Shown here one piece after another: positions 1-8,363 of a DNA stretch of 60,371 nt. The stretch comes from a virus. Taxonomy: Duplodnaviria; Caudoviricetes. The notes under the pieces are model-generated. The model worked only from the letters and a program-made list of their open reading frames with translations. It made no database searches and was not told the origin of the DNA. The position numbers and the translations under genes were made by a program. The first letter of the stretch is position 1, and every line of letters begins with the position of its first letter. The stretch is taken from IMG/VR virus record IMGVR_UViG_3300021086_000002, positions 1 through 60,371 of that record; one strand, 5' to 3'.

Positions 1-121
1 CCCGCCCGTTTGAGCTGTACGAGGTGGACGCGGAGGAGTGGGCGGCCGAGCAGGCGCCCGCGCTGACGGCCAGCGTGCGCTCCGCCGGCTGGGCAGACGT
101 GTCCGTGGCTGACCCCGATAC
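1..121. repeat. Terminal direct repeat (assembly overlap of a circular or circularly permuted genome), copy 1
   Basis: 1-121 is identical to 60251-60371, and an ORF reads through the junction in frame. Confidence 0.95.
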
Positions 122-1508
122 GACCTGGGATGCGCCGGAGGCTGTCGGTCGCGTCGCTGGGTGGGCATCCGTGGCCGGACAGCTCGACCTGGAGGCGTAC
201 GGGCGCGCGTTCCTGTGGCACGCGCCCGAGGCGTCCAACGTGGCCGACTTCGTCTTTCCCGTGGCCGACGTGATCGACGGTCAGCTCACGCTGGTGCCGG
301 CCGCCCTGGACGTGGCGATGGACCGGCTGGAGCTGGCGTCCCTGCCGGAAGCGGACAAGGCCCAGATGCGGGCAACGCTTGCGACCCTGCGTGGCGAGGA
401 GGAGCCGGTGACTCCGGAGGATGAACTGGCCCGCGTGCTGGCCGCGCTGGATCTCGGTGAGTTCGTGGAGCTGGCGGAGCTGGCCGAAGAGATGGTCGAC
501 ATGGAGTCGTTCGGCCCCCGCTTCGACAAGCTGGTGGCCAAGTTGGACGGCAAGGTGACGGACCCGGCGGCCGTGGCCGCCACGATCGGTCGCAAGAAGT
601 ACGGCAAGAAGGGCATGTTGCGGTTGGCCAAGGGTGCCAAGAGCAGCGCCGTAAAGCCGATGGTTGCCGCGATGGTTGCCGCCGCGACCCTCAATGAGGC
701 TGTTCCCGATCGTCCGCCGGCAGCGTTGTTCCGACGCCCGGAGGCGGCGCAGCGCACACCACTGACCGTGACCCCCGACGGCGAGGTGTACGGGCACGTC
801 GCCGACTGGAAGACCTGCCACACCGGGTACGCGAACCAGTGCGTCCGGGCACCCAAGAGCAGGACCGGGTACGCCTACTACCACACGGGCTCCGTGCTCA
901 CGGCTGACGACGGAGACGTTCGTGTGGGCCGCATGTCGATCGGCGGTGGCCACGCGAACATCGGCCTGGGCTTCCAGGCGGCGACAGCTCACTACGACGA
1001 CGCGAGCACGGCCGTAGCCGAGGTGCGCGCGGTCGATGGCAAGCACGGCATCTGGGTGTCTGGCCGGGTGCTGCCCGAGTTCCGGAACACCCCGATGGAG
1101 GATGCGTTCCGGCGGCACCCGCCGTCGGGGGACTGGCGCCGGATCGGGGGTGCCCTGGAGATGGTCCACGTGCTGGCCGTCAACTCCCCCGGGTTCCCGG
1201 TGGCCCAGGTGTCCATGGTCGCCTCTGGCGCGCCCGAGGGCGGCATGGTGATGGGCACCCTGACGGCGGCGGGGCTCGTGCTGTCGCCAGAGCAGGAGCG
1301 CGAGCAGGACGGCTCCGAGGTGGACGAGATGGCGACACGTGTGGCGCGGGCTGTCGTGCGGGAGATGACCGAACAGCAGGGACGTACGAGAAGGTCAGAG
1401 GCTGCGGCTACCCTGGTCGCGTCCATCCAGTCGGCGAGTGCCGACGCCGCCGGGCTGACCCGGCGGCGTGCCGCCCTGGCTGCCGCTCAAGTTGTCAGGT
1501 CCAGGTAG
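3..1508 (+). CDS. Capsid maturation protease/scaffold-like protein, C-terminal part (continues from ATG 59680; about 692 aa in total)
   Basis: In frame with 59680 across the repeat. Motifs GEVYGHVADWKTCH, GIWVSG and PSGDWR resemble cluster B-type actinophage head proteases. Lies between the MuF/portal genes and the capsid gene. Confidence 0.75.
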   Translation, partial: RPFELYEVDAEEWAAEQAPALTASVRSAGWADVSVADPDTTWDAPEAVGRVAGWASVAGQLDLEAYGRAFLWHAPEASNVADFVFPVADVIDGQLTLVPAALDVAMDRLELASLPEADKAQMRATLATLRGEEEPVTPEDELARVLAALDLGEFVELAELAEEMVDMESFGPRFDKLVAKLDGKVTDPAAVAATIGRKKYGKKGMLRLAKGAKSSAVKPMVAAMVAAATLNEAVPDRPPAALFRRPEAAQRTPLTVTPDGEVYGHVADWKTCHTGYANQCVRAPKSRTGYAYYHTGSVLTADDGDVRVGRMSIGGGHANIGLGFQAATAHYDDASTAVAEVRAVDGKHGIWVSGRVLPEFRNTPMEDAFRRHPPSGDWRRIGGALEMVHVLAVNSPGFPVAQVSMVASGAPEGGMVMGTLTAAGLVLSPEQEREQDGSEVDEMATRVARAVVREMTEQQGRTRRSEAAATLVASIQSASADAAGLTRRRAALAAAQVVRSR

Positions 1509-1523
1509 AGGGAGAGACAGACC

Positions 1524-1703
1524 ATGGGATGCGGTTGCGGGAACCAGCAGGTCAGCTCGGCAATCGGGCGCGAGGAGTTCGAGGCGACCCCGGCCAGTCC
1601 GGGCGCTGAGCCCCGTGTCTTCGCCAGCCGGGGCGAGGCCGAGCTGTACGTGGCGCGCAACGGCGGCGGGCACGTGCGCCCGCTTGTCACCGCGAACGCG
1701 TAG
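1524..1703 (+). CDS. Small head-region protein (MGCGCG start)
   Basis: RBS GGGAGAG, ATG 1524, TAG 1701-1703; 59 aa. Confidence 0.65.
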   Translation: MGCGCGNQQVSSAIGREEFEATPASPGAEPRVFASRGEAELYVARNGGGHVRPLVTANA

Positions 1704-1715
1704 GGGACGGATCCG

Positions 1716-2036
1716 ATGACGACCGTCGGCGAGCTGCTCGACCAGCTCGCCGCGATCGCGCGGGGAGACATGGGGCAGCACTGGCCGGCCGAGTTCGCCT
1801 CGGCCGGCACGGTGCTGCACCCGGCGTCGACCGAGAAGCTGATGGAGTATTGGGCGCACGGCGAAGGGGCGGCCAAGATTCAGTGGGCTGTGCCGTGCGC
1901 GTTCTGCCGGTGCGTCGATCACCTCCGCAAGTACTACCCCAGGAACCCCAAGGGGCTGTGCGCGAACCTGGAGGTTCGCGCAACCGGACATCGACCGAAC
2001 GTCGAGAACTCCCGCGTCAAACACTGCCCCTGTTGA
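1716..2036 (+). CDS. Conserved actinophage head-region hypothetical protein
   Basis: YWAHGEGAAKIQW...RC..HLRKY...GLCANL motif, familiar from actinophage head modules. Confidence 0.65.
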   Translation: MTTVGELLDQLAAIARGDMGQHWPAEFASAGTVLHPASTEKLMEYWAHGEGAAKIQWAVPCAFCRCVDHLRKYYPRNPKGLCANLEVRATGHRPNVENSRVKHCPC

Positions 2037-2074
2037 CCGGGTACGCTCCTCACCGACAAGGGAGAGGAGACGGC

Positions 2075-2530
2075 GTGCGGAAGCTGCTGGACATCTGGTT
2101 CGCGGTACGCTCGATGCTCGCCACCCTCGGGCGTATCGAGCGAAAGGTGGACTGGATCATGGGAATTGTGGAAGACGTGGACACGGTCGTACAGGCGATC
2201 GAAGACGGCGTGGCCGCGCTCGGCGAGGCCGAGACCGAGGTGAAGGACGCGGTGGACGCGCTTGCGGGCCGCATCCCGCCGGCCGGTACCGTCCTGACCG
2301 ACCAGCAGGTGGCCGAGCTGAACGGCGACCTGGACCGGCTGCGCACGGCGGCCGACAAGGTCTCCACCGTGAAGACCGACCTGGGCGGCGTGAAGGACTC
2401 CCTGGACGCCATCGACCCGTCGGAGCAGCCGGCCCCGAGTCCGACCAACCAGGCCAGCGCCTCGTCCCCGGCGGTCGACGGCGGCGCGGCACCCGTGGGT
2501 ACGAACTTCGCGCCCGAGGGCTCGATCTAG
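2075..2530 (+). CDS. Coiled-coil hypothetical protein
   Basis: RBS GGAGAGGAG before GTG 2075; heptad-rich; followed by a strong hairpin. Confidence 0.6.
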   Translation: MRKLLDIWFAVRSMLATLGRIERKVDWIMGIVEDVDTVVQAIEDGVAALGEAETEVKDAVDALAGRIPPAGTVLTDQQVAELNGDLDRLRTAADKVSTVKTDLGGVKDSLDAIDPSEQPAPSPTNQASASSPAVDGGAAPVGTNFAPEGSI

Positions 2531-2542
2531 AGCATTCGACCA

Positions 2543-2591
2543 GCACGACAGCGCCCCCCTCGATCTCATCCCGAGGGGGGCGCTGTCGTGC
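2543..2591. terminator. Probable bidirectional terminator hairpin
   Basis: GCACGACAGCGCCCCCCTCG / CGAGGGGGGCGCTGTCGTGC, 20-bp perfect stem between convergent genes. Confidence 0.8.
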
Positions 2592-2593
2592 GC

Positions 2594-3157
2594 TCAGACG
2601 TGGCTGTGGTGCCGTACGTCTCCTCGCTCCGCGACCTGCTCCATCTCGCGGTCCTGGATCCGGTCCCACCGGTCGCGCAACAGGTCACGTACCTCCAGGC
2701 AGCCGAAGGTGCCGGCCATCCCGGAGTTCTTCTTGCGCTCGCTGAGCTGGTGCACCCACTGACGGGTCACTCCCAGGATGGCGGCGACCGCTTCGCGCGG
2801 TACCAATACGTGGCCGTACCCGATGTGCCATGCGCAGGCGCGACCGAGGTGCGTGCCCCACCAGTCGAAGTCGGGACTGTCGACCAGCATCTTGTGGATC
2901 TCCTGCGCGACCCGCTTGGCGTCCGTCGACACCGGGGACAGCAACTCCTCGGCGTACCAGTTCGTGATGTAGCTCGGCGTGGCCTCGTGCTGCGGCCCGA
3001 GAACCACGAGCGCTCGACCGTAGAACCGGGTCACCGCGTTCCCGATCTCCTCGCGCACCAGAGGGTGATGAGCCGGCGTGGGGTACCTCTGGCTGTTCAC
3101 TGGGGGCCTCGGCTCTCCGGAGGTGCTGCCCTGAAAGGTGTACTCGGATTTATTCAT
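2594..3157 (-). CDS. Putative HTH DNA-binding protein
   Basis: VPREAVAAILGVTRQWVHQL helix-turn-helix-like segment. Confidence 0.55.
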   Translation of the reverse strand: MNKSEYTFQGSTSGEPRPPVNSQRYPTPAHHPLVREEIGNAVTRFYGRALVVLGPQHEATPSYITNWYAEELLSPVSTDAKRVAQEIHKMLVDSPDFDWWGTHLGRACAWHIGYGHVLVPREAVAAILGVTRQWVHQLSERKKNSGMAGTFGCLEVRDLLRDRWDRIQDREMEQVAERGDVRHHSHV

Positions 3158-3375
3158 GATCCCAACTCAAGGCATCCACATGTATTCCATAGTGGGCCGT
3201 CGAATTCATGAGTATGCAGGTCTTCTACTGTGCCAGCGCGCAAGCAGCAACTTGCCATACCACCGTCTTGATACCTGGGCTTGATGCCCACTGCTCCGCC
3301 AGTTTTACGACTGGGGTATTTGCATTCGACGTGTACGCCGTTTGCATGTAGTTCTTTGGCTCGGTTGCTGTCCAC
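3154..3375 (-). CDS. Hypothetical protein
   Basis: RBS GAGAGG; coupled to the next gene by an ATGA overlap. Confidence 0.55.
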   Translation of the reverse strand: MDSNRAKELHANGVHVECKYPSRKTGGAVGIKPRYQDGGMASCCLRAGTVEDLHTHEFDGPLWNTCGCLELGS

Positions 3376-3384
3376 TGAGACCTC

Positions 3385-3603
3385 TCAGTCCTCATTTTCA
3401 TGGTGCAGCCACAACTGGTCCTGATCTTTGAGCCAACGGCGGACGGCGCCGCGACGGTAGTACGTGCCGTCGATGCCGTCGCCTGTTGACAGCATTTCAA
3501 GTATGTGAATGAGCGAGTCGTGACACCACGGCTTCAACGTGCTGCGAATCGCCTTTGACAGTGCGTCAAGTTGCTCATGCAGGGTCTGATCGGCCGTGCT
3601 CAC
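3385..3603 (-). CDS. Hypothetical protein, VRRWxxDQ paralog family
   Basis: LIHILEML...AVRRWLKDQ, similar to ORFs at 26203-26719. Confidence 0.65.
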   Translation of the reverse strand: MSTADQTLHEQLDALSKAIRSTLKPWCHDSLIHILEMLSTGDGIDGTYYRRGAVRRWLKDQDQLWLHHENED

Positions 3604-3893
3604 AACAGCACCCGCGCTCGGACGGCGTACCCGGTGTAGTGGTTGTTACCATCGAGCAGTCGGCCGGGCTCGTCGCGGTCAAGTCCAACGTCTGTCCAGG
3701 ACCACGGACCGTTGGAGCCGCTGGCCTGAGCCAGCTCGATGGCCTTGACGCGGGAGGTGAGGGCGTCGGCATAGAGGAGCATGTGGCGCTCGCCCGGAGC
3801 GTGTAGGGCGTAGATGTACGTGTGTATCGGTGCCTCCTTGGGGCACAGCTCGCCGCGCTTGACCGCAGCACAGTACGCGACTTCGTTACACAT
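3600..3893 (-). CDS. Hypothetical protein
   Basis: Translationally coupled within the leftward operon. Confidence 0.55.
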   Translation of the reverse strand: MCNEVAYCAAVKRGELCPKEAPIHTYIYALHAPGERHMLLYADALTSRVKAIELAQASGSNGPWSWTDVGLDRDEPGRLLDGNNHYTGYAVRARVLL

Positions 3894-4087
3894 CAGTCCA
3901 CATCCTCTACCCGAAGATTGAACACGCGGGCGTACGCGGCGTGCGAGTCGGTGACCCGCACCTTGCCGTCGTGGCCGGAGTCGTTGGCTCGCTCGATATG
4001 GGCGAGAGTGCCGGAGCCGCCGCGATAGTTGACGGTGTCACCCACCATGATCTCTGCCCCGGTGGTCAGGTCGAATGCCTTCAGCAT
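3893..4087 (-). CDS. Small beta-rich hypothetical protein
   Basis: Coupled ORF; VGDTV motif. Confidence 0.6.
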   Translation of the reverse strand: MLKAFDLTTGAEIMVGDTVNYRGGSGTLAHIERANDSGHDGKVRVTDSHAAYARVFNLRVEDVD

Positions 4088-4088
4088 G

Positions 4089-4319
4089 TCAGTGCCTCTC
4101 TCTCATGGTCTTGTAGACCTCGTGCCAGCGAAGATCAGAGCTGCCGCACTTCTTGCAGTACAGCAGGGGGTAGTCGATGGGGTTGTACTTCTTCCAGTCG
4201 AAGTCGGCGGGCACGTCGCAAAGGTTGTAGTTCTGGCGCCGGGACTGTCCGCAGATCTGGATCTTGCCGTCCCGGGTCAGGTGGAAGGTCCCGTTGGTGC
4301 TGGCCTTAATTCGCATCAC
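4089..4319 (-). CDS. Small Cys/His (possible Zn-binding) protein
   Basis: FH...ICG...YCKKC; coupled ORF. Confidence 0.55.
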   Translation of the reverse strand: MMRIKASTNGTFHLTRDGKIQICGQSRRQNYNLCDVPADFDWKKYNPIDYPLLYCKKCGSSDLRWHEVYKTMRERH

Positions 4320-4558
4320 TCGTCGTCCGTCGTCTCGTATTTGCTGACGTAGTTGCGGGTGATCTCGTCCTGCCGGTCCAGGGATCGCAGTTTGTCGGCC
4401 CGAAGGTCCGCGAAGTGCAACGCCTCACGGGCGCCTTCCGACATCTGCAACATGAGCGCCGCGTACTGCGCCGGGAACATGCGACCGAGCTTGCGGGTGA
4501 GCAAGAGAACGGCTTCGTCGGTGGCCTGCTGGTCCGTGTAGTCCTGGATCTTCTTCAC
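4316..4558 (-). CDS. Hypothetical protein
   Basis: RBS GAGGAGG; first gene downstream of promoter 4577-4617. Confidence 0.65.
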   Translation of the reverse strand: MKKIQDYTDQQATDEAVLLLTRKLGRMFPAQYAALMLQMSEGAREALHFADLRADKLRSLDRQDEITRNYVSKYETTDDE

Positions 4559-4576
4559 TGTGGTGGCCTCCTCGAT

Positions 4577-4617
4577 GTGTATGAGATGACCCTACATCAG
4601 CTTGACGAGAGTGTCAA
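4577..4617 (-). promoter_or_regulatory. Housekeeping-sigma promoter with palindromic operator
   Basis: TTGACA-N17-TAGGGT then CATCTCATACAC; TTGAC-N6-GTCAA overlaps the -35. Confidence 0.75.
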
Positions 4618-4790
4618 GCGTGAGTTGTGGAAGGTGCCCAGGAGTCCGGCAGGAAGTCACCTCGGGTCAGCCACTCGTCCAGGTCATCGACCAGCTCGGC
4701 CATCTGAAGGGCCAACGGGTCAGGGCTGGACAGGAGCAGGATGGTGGCCGTCAGTGCGCGCAGCATCCGCAGGGTCTCGTTGGGGTCCAT
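4614..4790 (-). CDS. Small conserved actinophage protein
   Basis: MDPNETL...LDEWLTRGDFLP motif. Confidence 0.65.
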   Translation of the reverse strand: MDPNETLRMLRALTATILLLSSPDPLALQMAELVDDLDEWLTRGDFLPDSWAPSTTHA

Positions 4791-4996
4791 CACTCCCCCC
4801 ACCCACCGGCCGGCGGTCGGGGCATTGCTGGCAGCTTGCCAGTCAGGATGTATTCCGCTAGCCGGTCGGCGGTCATGGTCAGGTAGGGCAGTGTCGCGCC
4901 TTTCGGTACCATCTGGGCGGCGACGGTCAGCGCGGCCGTCCGGGTGGCCATCTGGATTTGCTGAGCGACGCTCGGGTCGGGGTCTTGGGGGTACAT
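4790..4996 (-). CDS. Hypothetical protein
   Basis: RBS AGGAGGAG. Confidence 0.6.
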   Translation of the reverse strand: MYPQDPDPSVAQQIQMATRTAALTVAAQMVPKGATLPYLTMTADRLAEYILTGKLPAMPRPPAGGWGE

Positions 4997-5046
4997 GGAC
5001 TCCTCCTCCTGGTTGCTTGGCGAACGTGTCAGACGGACTGCTCGGG

Positions 5047-5232
5047 TCAGGCGGATTTCTGCGTCATCAACTTCAGGATCAGCTCTTGCGTGTAGGCGTA
5101 CTCGTCGTCCTGCGCGTGCTGGTCTCCTACCGTGATCTCGTTGCGTGCCACGGCTCGCCCGTAGTCATGAACCAGGGTTCGAACAAACTCCAGGTCGTCA
5201 TTAGTGAGCTGGAAACTTGACGTGTCAGCCAT
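5047..5232 (-). CDS. Hypothetical protein
   Basis: RBS GAGGGAG; directly downstream of promoter 5253-5293. Confidence 0.6.
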   Translation of the reverse strand: MADTSSFQLTNDDLEFVRTLVHDYGRAVARNEITVGDQHAQDDEYAYTQELILKLMTQKSA

Positions 5233-5252
5233 CGTGGCTCCCTCGGTGGGTT

Positions 5253-5293
5253 GTTGTATGAGATCACCCTACACAACTTGACGAAGATGTCAA
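5253..5293 (-). promoter_or_regulatory. Promoter with palindromic operator (copy 2)
   Basis: TTGACA-N16-TAGGGT then GATCTCATACAAC; TTGAC-N6-GTCAA at 5278-5293. Confidence 0.7.
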
Positions 5294-5305
5294 GGGAGCG
5301 CGGCC

Positions 5306-5520
5306 AGGAGAAAGCAACGGACGGGTCCGCCCTGGAGGCAGAACCCGTCCGTGCTGGGCACAGCAGCGGGAAGGCTTCAGCGCTCGGCGGATGGGGCCGC
5401 CACTGACCAGGCTCTCCAACCTGGCCACACCCGGGAACCTCCGTGGACGACACCCCTGCCGCTACCCCTGGAGTCCCTGCCCCGCGCCCGTCTGGCCCGG
5501 GGTGGCCTTCCTTGCTGTAC
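5306..5520 (-). ncRNA. Candidate structured small RNA (~215 nt)
   Basis: Own promoter (5527-5555), 5'/3' closing stems, internal hairpins, terminator hairpin 5317-5352 followed by TGCTTTCT; no convincing ORF. Confidence 0.5.
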
Positions 5521-5526
5521 TACTAC

Positions 5527-5555
5527 ACCATACACTCTTGAGAATGGGATGGCAA
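5527..5555 (-). promoter_or_regulatory. Promoter for the candidate sRNA
   Basis: TTGCCA-N17-TATGGT. Confidence 0.6.
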
Positions 5556-5579
5556 GGGGTCCGTCCGTTGGTCTATCGC

Positions 5580-5620
5580 TTGACGCAATCGTTAAGTAGC
5601 TGTATGGTCATCTCATACAC
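5580..5620 (+). promoter_or_regulatory. Rightward promoter (copy 3 of the motif family)
   Basis: TTGACG-N17-TATGGT then CATCTCATACAC; TTGAC-N6-GTTAA. Confidence 0.7.
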
Positions 5621-5638
5621 GACGAGAGAGGCGACAGG

Positions 5639-5821
5639 ATGATCCCGGTAGGCACCAAGGTCCAGGTGGTTACGAAGGGCGGCGGCTGGTGCGGCTACGT
5701 CGGCACCGTGGTTGAGCACCGCTCGGGCAAGCTGCATGTCGTCTCGATCGACAATCCGCCCGCCTGGGCCGGTGGTACTCAGATCCTCCGGTACCGCGCC
5801 TCCAGCTTAAAGGAGGTGTGA
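5639..5821 (+). CDS. Small SH3/KOW-like hypothetical protein
   Basis: VGTKVQV...YVGTVV; RBS GAGAGG. Confidence 0.6.
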   Translation: MIPVGTKVQVVTKGGGWCGYVGTVVEHRSGKLHVVSIDNPPAWAGGTQILRYRASSLKEV

Positions 5822-5991
5822 CTGACGTAGAACGAAGGTGGGGCGCCGGGGACCAGCCGACGCCCCGTCGTGCCCATCGGGGAGAGAGGTCAGGCAGCGT
5901 GTGGCCCACCCTTCCGACCGCCAGTGTACGCATCACGTTGGACGCGAGGCCCCCTCTGTGTTTGCGTATTCTGTACTGCTATACTGGACAC

Positions 5992-6159
5992 ATGAGTAAG
6001 AGAGGCGACACCGAGAGCACTGGAGACCAACCCGAGCAGGAGGGGGGCGGTCGACACCGCGCCAGAACCGAGCTGCCCAAGAGTCAGCCGGTCGGCAACC
6101 AGGATCCCGCGAAGAGGGGCCTGGGCCTGGCGGGCACGCCGCAGGACTACGACCGCTAG
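5992..6159 (+). CDS. Small hypothetical protein, possibly leaderless
   Basis: ATG lies 6 nt after TATACT. Confidence 0.4.
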   Translation: MSKRGDTESTGDQPEQEGGGRHRARTELPKSQPVGNQDPAKRGLGLAGTPQDYDR

Positions 6160-6193
6160 CAGGTCGTTCCCAGACCGAAACAAGCAGGGGAGA

Positions 6194-6439
6194 TTGAAGA
6201 TGCAAACCAGTCGGCAGTACACAATCAACGACCTCCAAGCTCTGGCTCGCCAGCATGGCGTGAACTTCTGGCAACAGTCCATGACGTTCGAGCGCGACGG
6301 CTGGACTCGACAGGTTCACGTCGGTTCGGCTTCCACGGGCTGGCGTCAGAGTCACGCGGAGTGGCTCTCGCACGACGGCAACGAATGGCAGGGGCACGGG
6401 TTCGATCTTCATGCGGCGCTGAACCGGGCGTTCCGCTGA
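6194..6439 (+). CDS. Hypothetical protein
   Basis: RBS GGGGAG; followed by a hairpin. Confidence 0.55.
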   Translation: MKMQTSRQYTINDLQALARQHGVNFWQQSMTFERDGWTRQVHVGSASTGWRQSHAEWLSHDGNEWQGHGFDLHAALNRAFR

Positions 6440-6482
6440 GCTATCGACCAGCGGCGGGGCGCCTTGCCGCTGGTCGATAGCT
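6439..6482 (+). terminator. Terminator-like hairpin
   Basis: AGCTATCGACCAGCGGC / GCCGCTGGTCGATAGCT stem. Confidence 0.7.
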
Positions 6483-6565
6483 GGTTGTAAGCTGCGGCCC
6501 AGATCGCGTATCGGTGCTGGCGGTGGGCCGGCTGAGCGTGGAGTGAGCGCAAGAAGGGCGCCCCC

Positions 6566-8293
6566 ATGCCGACCTTGTTCGAAGAGATCCAACTCCCCAC
6601 CGACTTTGCCGCCGTCACCGATGACCAGCTTGCCGAGCTGGAGTCTGTGGCCAGCGCGGCAGCCCAGCCGCTCGCCGACCGGGTGACCGCCGGAGATGAC
6701 ACGGTCACTGACGACGAGCTGGAGGGCCTGACCCGGCTTGCCAGCGTGGTGCAGGGCGTTCGTGATGAGCGCGCCACCCGGTTCGCCGCCGAGTCCGCCG
6801 CCGTCACCAAGAAGAAGAAAGGCGCCGACGCCGCCGCGCTGTTTGCGGCCAAGACGGAGCCGGCCGAGCCTGTCAACCCGCCAGCGGGTGACAGCGGCAA
6901 GCCGGCAGTGGCACGGCCCAGCGTGGCTGATGTCTCGGCCGCCGCCACGGGCGCACCGGACACTACCGCGACTGGTACCGAGGTTGGTCCGGAGCGCGAG
7001 GCGTACACGAAGATGGTGGCGGCGGCCGGCGCGCTGGGGGTCGCTTCCGGCGCCGAGTTCCCAGACCTGATCTCAGCGGCCAGGGCCGTCGAGGATCGGA
7101 TGGCCACCTACTCCGGTACCGGCTACCGCCAGGACCCGGTGGTGATGTGGCGCCGGGAGTACCCGGAGGAGCTGCGGATCAACGCCCAGGACGGCTGGAA
7201 GGCCAGCCTGGACAAGATGGACTTTGCTGCTCAGCAGTCCCGGCTTCCCGGCGGCGGTCTGGTCGCGGCGGCCGGCTGGTGCGCGCCGAGCCAGATCCTG
7301 TACGACCTGTACGAGATCGAAGACGGTACATATGGCATTCTCGACGTTCCGGAGCTTCAGATCTCCCGGGGCGGTATCCAGTTCACCCCTGGCCCGGACT
7401 TCTCGGCCATCTGGGGCGGGGCCGGATACTGGCACTACACGGAGGCACAGATCCAGGCGGCGGCCCTGCCGTCCACCAACCTGAAGCCCACGATGGTGGT
7501 TCCGTGCCCGTCCTTCTCAGAGAAGCGACTGGAGACTGAGGGCGTCCAGATCACCGGCGCCTTCCTCCAGGATCGCGGCTACCCGGAGATGGTGGCCCGG
7601 TTCATCCGGGGTGCCATGATCGCGCACCGTCGGCGGATGAACCTGTTCAAGATCAACCAGATCGTCCTGAACAGCACGAACATCGACTACACCAACCTCG
7701 CGAACATGCCGGCCACCACGTCCGAGGCGAAAGACCTCACGGCGGTGTCCCGGCTCCTCACCGTCTTCGGGTTCCAGGCCATGGACTACCGGCTCCGGTA
7801 CCGGATGGCGGAAGACGCGATGCTGGAAGGCGTGCTCCCGGCGTGGGTGCTGGAGCTGTGCGCTCAGGACGTTCAGCGCCGCTGGGGCATCGACTTCGAC
7901 GACGCCATGACGCTGTCCACTGAGGAAGTCGTCAGCTACTTCACGGCGAAGAACATCCGGATGCAGTTCGTCTACGACTGGCAGGACGCCTACAACACGG
8001 TGGGCTCCACCAACTCCACCAACCTGGGCTCCAGCTCGACGCAGCTCTACACCTTCCCCCGGACCGTGTGGGGTCTGCTGTTCTCCCCGGGTACCTGGGT
8101 GGCCGGGGTGTCGGACATCATTCGGCTGGACACCGTGTACGACTCCACGAACCTGTCCCTGAACCAGTACACGAAGCTGTTCTCGGAAGAGGGCGTGTTG
8201 ATGGCGAAGCGCGGCTACGAGTCGCGGCTGATCAAGGCGCCGGTCGACCCGAGCGGCACCGTCTCGGCTACGACGGCCATGGTCGACGGCTGA
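6566..8293 (+). CDS. Major capsid protein (hexamer type) with N-terminal scaffold-like region
   Basis: LVAAAGWCAPSQILYD motif, RGGIQF, and CP.F.E.RL, typical of cluster B-like capsids. Confidence 0.85.
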   Translation: MPTLFEEIQLPTDFAAVTDDQLAELESVASAAAQPLADRVTAGDDTVTDDELEGLTRLASVVQGVRDERATRFAAESAAVTKKKKGADAAALFAAKTEPAEPVNPPAGDSGKPAVARPSVADVSAAATGAPDTTATGTEVGPEREAYTKMVAAAGALGVASGAEFPDLISAARAVEDRMATYSGTGYRQDPVVMWRREYPEELRINAQDGWKASLDKMDFAAQQSRLPGGGLVAAAGWCAPSQILYDLYEIEDGTYGILDVPELQISRGGIQFTPGPDFSAIWGGAGYWHYTEAQIQAAALPSTNLKPTMVVPCPSFSEKRLETEGVQITGAFLQDRGYPEMVARFIRGAMIAHRRRMNLFKINQIVLNSTNIDYTNLANMPATTSEAKDLTAVSRLLTVFGFQAMDYRLRYRMAEDAMLEGVLPAWVLELCAQDVQRRWGIDFDDAMTLSTEEVVSYFTAKNIRMQFVYDWQDAYNTVGSTNSTNLGSSSTQLYTFPRTVWGLLFSPGTWVAGVSDIIRLDTVYDSTNLSLNQYTKLFSEEGVLMAKRGYESRLIKAPVDPSGTVSATTAMVDG

Positions 8294-8307
8294 CCTACGC
8301 ACTGAGG

Positions 8308-8341
8308 ATGGGCGGCCGGGCTCCGGTCCGGACCGCCCATC
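8308..8341 (+). terminator. Hairpin after the capsid gene
   Basis: GATGGGCGG.CCGG / CCGG.CCGCCCATC. Confidence 0.5.
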
Positions 8342-8363
8342 TCTTCCAAGTGGAGGAGAGAGT

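Noticed and set aside
1-121. Biological terminal repeat
   Set aside because: It falls mid-gene and has an assembler k-mer-like length; most likely circular overlap.
3555-3570. TTGAC-N5-GTCAA as another operator
   Set aside because: Spacing is N5 rather than N6, it lies inside a CDS and has no matching -10.
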